A stretch of DNA of 64,000 nt. Source: Amphiscolops sp. MND2022. Taxonomy: Eukaryota. The notes under the pieces are model-generated. The model did not search any database and was not told the DNA's origin. It saw nothing but the letters and a program-made list of their open reading frames with translations. The position numbers and the translations under genes were made by a program. The stretch spans positions 20,090,001 through 20,154,000 of the forward strand of contig OZ076409.1 of NCBI GenBank assembly GCA_964187785.1, in the 5' to 3' direction. Positions 58,901 through 64,000 of this stretch are shown here, piece by piece. Position 1 is the stretch's first letter; each line of letters opens with the position of its first letter.

Positions 58901-61095
58901 AGCGTCCATGATCATGACGTAGCCAACACCCGAACCAAAAAAAGGAATGTTAGCTGAAGGATCTTTCAAAATCAAAAATAGACCTATTGAGGTTATAACA
59001 AGCCCCATCTAGTATAGTAGGTCTCGCAGCTCATGAAAAAAGTTTTGGGACTTTACTGGAATTTGCAGAAAGATGTTTCTGAATTGAAGTCGAATATTGT
59101 TATCAAATCAAAACTAGGAAAAGAACCCATCAAAACGTATCATGCGGTAGAAGATCTCAAAAGGGATGGTATTGGCAATTTAACAAGACGCCAAGCGTTG
59201 AGTCAAGTCAATTCCATTTACAACCCCTTAGGATTAGCAATACCATTCATTGCAAGAACTAAAAAACTGATGCGAAAAACATGTAATTCAGAGGAAGTTT
59301 CTGATTGGGATGATGCCTTATGGGATGAATTCGCTACTGAATCGATTTTGTTGTTTTAACAATTTTTTGAAATGACAGAATTGAGTTTACTCTTTACATT
59401 AGACAGTATCAGAGCGTTGGTGATCCATTACTTGTGATATTCAGTGATTTCTCCATAGATGCTTTTGGGGAAGTTGCCTACTCTGTATAGAATCTCGCAA
59501 ACGTGACTAGTGAAGCTCGGCTAATCTTTGCTAAAACCAGACTAGCCCCGAAGAAGCAAATGTCTATTGTACGACTGGAATTGTTGTTCCTTTTCAAACA
59601 TTCCAGACTCAATTTTAAAGATGTGAACTTCGTTTGTGATTCTGAAGATGTAAGAGCAATGATACAAACGGACTCTTATGGTTTTAACACTTTCACTGGA
59701 ATGAGACTGGGTGAAATTCAGGATACTGAAAATCGGAACACTTTATGTTGGGTCTCAGTTGATTTCTAGAGGATCTTCTTCGAAAGAACTCAGAGCCGAT
59801 CGCCGAGGGCAAACAGGACCTTCATTTCTCAGAACTTCTATGTTTGAATGGTTACTACAACAAAGAATGTATGCGATAGAGCTACTGCCAGAAGTAATTC
59901 ACTGCAAAACGTTTCTAGTTAATCAAAGAAATTCAACTCCATTTGTGGATTTTGACGCTACTAGATTTTCAAGTGTTAACTCACTTGTCCGAACTGTTGC
60001 CCGAGTCCTATCAGTTTATTCCTCAAGATCGTTCAGGAAAGTCAAAGATATTCCGAAAACCGAAAAATTGAAAGAAGCCTGGGAAACTATAGTGAGTTCT
60101 GAATAAAATCAGATTATGACCAATTTTCAAGAAGGGAAATTTGATCCATTGGATGCTTTCCTGAACCCTAATGCAATTATTCATGTTGGCCGGAAATTCA
60201 ACAGGCAGTTCCTTTGATTCCAAAGTCGCAATTAGTTGAACTTGTTGATCAAAGATGCCTACGAAATGGGAAATGGTGGAGTTTTACACACAGCCAGCAA
60301 AGTCAGAACAAAAGTTTGGGTTGTTCATTTGTTGAAACTAGTGAAATTTATCCTGAAGAATTGCACCAGTTGTATTATTTTCAACAAAACCAGAGCTGTT
60401 CAGTTAATGGGAGCACAAACTGATGGAAGAACTCAACTTTCGTATCCTTTCGCAAGAAATTGCGTTGATCTTTTTGGACCGTATGAAGTTGAGGATTTTT
60501 TCAGAAAAATAACTGTGAAGAAAGTGTACGCAGCTATATTTACATGTTTGTTTTCCAGAGCAGTTTACTTAGACATTATTTTAAGCTACTCAACAGAAAA
60601 CTTCTTGCAAACATCCCGAAGAGTTGTTACTATAAGAGGTTACCCGAGGTTTTTCATTCAGATTCTGGGACACAATTGGTTGGTGCAAGCAGGCAACTCC
60701 AAAGTGTTTACTGAATTCTCGATCGTGATATTTTGTCAAAAGAACTGCTTTTTAAGGGAATTAGATGAGAATTTGCTCCAGGCTCTGCACCTTGGAGTCA
60801 TGCATGTGCAGAGTCATTAACTGCTTCTGTGAAAAAACGCTTGTTTTTCGCAATTGGTAGTCAAGTTTTAACCCTTCAGGTGTTCCAGACAGTGCATTTT
60901 GAGACAGCTAATTTGCTCAATGATCGTCCAATTGGCAGGCATCCTACTCAACCCGAAGATGGTTTTTATTTGTCTCCTAATAGTCTTCTACTTGGTCGAA
61001 CAATGAATCAACAAACCGTGTCTTTTATGCATGTCAAAACAGCAAAGTTGGCAGGACATAGACTTTTTGAAACTATTATGAATTCGTTCTTCTGA
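55971..61095 (+). mobile_element. Degenerate BEL/Pao LTR-retrotransposon internal region (gag-PR-RT-RH-IN)
   Basis: NCLVAGH..C....C....C..NHH.LLH knuckles, LWDFGS, YLDDIVD, KVLGLYW, YNPLG, RLAPKKQMSIVRLEL, VDLFGP and LNDRPI; many stops and frameshifts. Confidence 0.92.
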
Positions 61096-62383
61096 GAAAC
61101 TGTAGATGTATTTTAAAAAAAGTGAGGTCAATTAAACAAAACGCCCACTGACAGCTGGTTATTTTCCGCCGAAACTGTTCTGGCATTGACACATTTTTGA
61201 GACACAAGGGTAGCTATTGCACTTTGAAAGGGCACAAAAATTTGATGAAGAAAGGCTTGACACTTTTTGAGTAATGTCATCCCACTTGAGAAGGAAACAC
61301 TTCAAGAACACACCAAACACCTATTTGTTTTAGGTCGGCGTGTGTGTATTCCAAAACCTGACCAATCAATTTTTTTTGGATTTTTGCGCCAAAAGGTCAA
61401 AAATTTAAAAACTTGGAAAATTTTCTATTTCGACAACATTGCTGTCACTTGAGAAATTTTTCTAAGAGACTGTAGATGTCTTTTTAAAAACGCCTATTGG
61501 ATAACGGGTCCAGTTGTTCTTGCAATACAAAAGCGCTCGGAAAGTTTACAAAAAGTATATCAACTATTCAAACACAAAAAGAACTTTCAACTCATTTTAA
61601 ATCGTTCTGACGAACTTTTAACATATAAAAGTTGAAATTTCCTGTTGTGAACATTCTTCATGCCTATTCAAAAAGTTTAGACTTTTAGAATAATACTAAA
61701 TTTTGGTAAAAACTGCCAATAATGGCTTTTTTAAAACTTTTTTGGTCATTTTGTGGCTCTTTTCTAACATGAAACTGCAATTGACATTCAAGAAGCCTAC
61801 TGAATAACACATTTGTTCGATGTGGAACGTTTTCATTCTTCCATTGATGGAAACGTCTCGAAAAAGTTAGAACTTTGCATTAGAAACGTTGAATTGGTAT
61901 TTTTCTATTTCCGATTCTCCAGGGTCTTTTTTGTAGTGATTTTGAAGAACAATATTGCAACTCTCTCTTCAAAATAGCATACAGCATAACTAGTTTATTC
62001 GTTTTCGAGTGTTTTGAAATTTCTTATTCACAAAAGTGTTCAAAATTGTACAGAAAATTCACGAACAACCACAAACTGCAAAGGTTTGGGATTTATTATT
62101 TTGGAATGTGTCTTTCAAGAAACTCATGAATGACTTTTCAATGAAATAATTGATGTTTTGGTGTTTAACAGTTATTGTACGTTATGTAATTTCACTTTTG
62201 AGTCAACGATTTACGAGAAAGTTAGCATGGTTAGTAAACATTTTACTTGCTTTTGTGGGAATTTGAATACTGAGCTATTTTTGCTGGTATTGTAGATTTG
62301 AATCAATTCAACTGAAGTCTTTACAAACACTGATTGTGTTCCACGAAAACTACCCGACGAAGAGTAGTCTTCCCTAACGGCAA
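61095..62383 (+). repeat. ~1.28-kb direct repeat, right copy
   Basis: Colinear with 54679-55961. Confidence 0.9.
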
Positions 62384-63566
62384 TGAAATTGAGGCATAAT
62401 TCCTTTGATAGCTTGCATTTTTTCAAAATGTTTACTAGAGATTATTTTCAAATCCATTGTTCCGAAGGTATGACTTACGAAATCGTTCAAACTCTCGGAA
62501 AAAAGAGCCAATTTTTGACTTTTCAGTGGTTCTAGGGACATTTTGAGGCTTTTTTCGAACAAAAAACTGCAATTGATTTTCAAAAACTCTACTCTACTTT
62601 GCTGTTCAATATTTTCATTTTTCTATTATACGAAATTTCCGAAATATCCAAAAAAATCGTTTTTCGGAAAAATTTTGTATTTTAGACCCTATTAGATCAT
62701 TCTGAGATAATGGTCTACCTAGGAAACTACAAAGTCCTTCAATAGGCGTACTGCATAGCATGATATATTGTCTGGAGCTTTAGGACCATCTAGTTCACGA
62801 AAGGTTTCACAAACTATCACTGAGAAAATGAAACAACTTTTTCGATTCATATTGAGACATTTTCCAAACACAAATCAGCATATACCTCCCACAAAGCCAA
62901 CTGGCTGTCAATTGTATAAAAACGGTAAAAATCTGAAATTTTTGGATTGTTTTTTCAATTTCGGTCTCAGTTTGAGGCATTTTTTCTTCAAAAAATTGCA
63001 TTCATTTCTTCGAAAAGGCTCTTGGGTAACAAACTTTTTCCGTTTTGAACGTTTGCAACGTTCTTAGCCGAAAATTTGACAAAAATTGCACAAAAACGTT
63101 AAAAATTGGAAAAGTTTGCAGTTTTATTGTTTTTGGGGTGATTTTTGAGTCATTCTGGGGTCTTTGGGGTCAACCAGAAAAGTCCAAAAATCTCTAATAA
63201 AAATACATAACGCGTGATACTAATTTTACGTCAGTTGAATTCTATGGGTGAAACCCTTTAGCTTAGTTATAAATTTGGTGCTCGTCAAATTTTGTAAAAA
63301 CTCAATCGATTTATATATTTTCTTTTTCCACATGAAATATGGATGGAAAATAACAACTTTCCTTTAACAACAAGCCAAACTCTCCTATGACTATTTGGTT
63401 ACGTTAATTGAGAAAAACCGTGATCTTATCCACCGTTTAGACAACAGGCCAGTTCGGTAAGAGCACAGTAATTTGATAGCAAATACTTCAAAATTTTTTT
63501 ACTGAGCCTACTGTTTTCTACTGTTTTGTTTTTACGGGAGAATTATTTGGGATTTTGTTCACTGAC

Positions 63567-63689
63567 CAATGACGCAATCAAGGTCTTGGAAGTTTCCCAG
63601 CCCAAGAGAAGACAGGTATTTCTCCATGATACATTTGGGCAATCTCACAAACAGTCTGTTGAGATTCTCCCTCACCGCATCTTCGTCAA
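63567..63689 (-). CDS. Internal exon of the unidentified minus-strand gene
   Basis: Acceptor tttcag and donor gtcagt. The 123-bp phase 1-1 exon encodes DEDAVRENLNRLFVRLPKCIMEKYLSSLGLGNFQDLDCVI. Confidence 0.6.
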
Positions 63690-64000
63690 CTGAAACTCGT
63701 CATTCAACTATTCAAATTTTACCAAATGACGTCATTGAAATGAATGTCCAAAATGGACGATTAACGATGAACGATGAACTTCAAGTTTAAAATGAAAGAA
63801 AGTATCATTCGTTAAGGTAGAGTTTAGACCAAGGAGAATGTTTCGGCATTTTCTGCATGATTGAAACTACGCCGTTTGTTGAGTTCAAGGGAAACTTATA
63901 AGATATTGAAAGATAATTTTCTTCGTGTCTTTCTCAATTCCCCGATAATTGGTTTCAAGTAGTTCATCAATGCTAATAAAGACCCATTCAAAAAATACTC

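Overview
This is AT-rich, repeat-dense animal genomic DNA; the intron-poor genes suggest an invertebrate, which is inference only. From 1-24.5 kb it is almost all transposon-derived. That stretch holds a decayed Polinton/Maverick pPolB, a CRE-type non-LTR relic, a four-level nest (CR1 > foldback > Copia > foldback) and an apparently intact CR1-type LINE (PHD ORF1 plus APE-RT ORF2). The intact LINE sits inside a foldback (MULE-like) shell bounded by a target-site duplication (TSD). From 28.8-46.3 kb there are four + strand host genes (TMEM60-like, CENP-V/GFA, UXT, two-exon CCM2) among many DINE-1/HINE-like Helentron derivatives. From 49.6-63.7 kb a spliced minus-strand gene, largely missed by the ORF track, carries a BEL/Pao relic in an intron. 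The most unusual signal is a ~200-bp multi-hairpin 'core'. It recurs almost unchanged at the centre of foldback elements whose terminal arrays are unrelated, and in one copy the intact CR1 replaces its middle.
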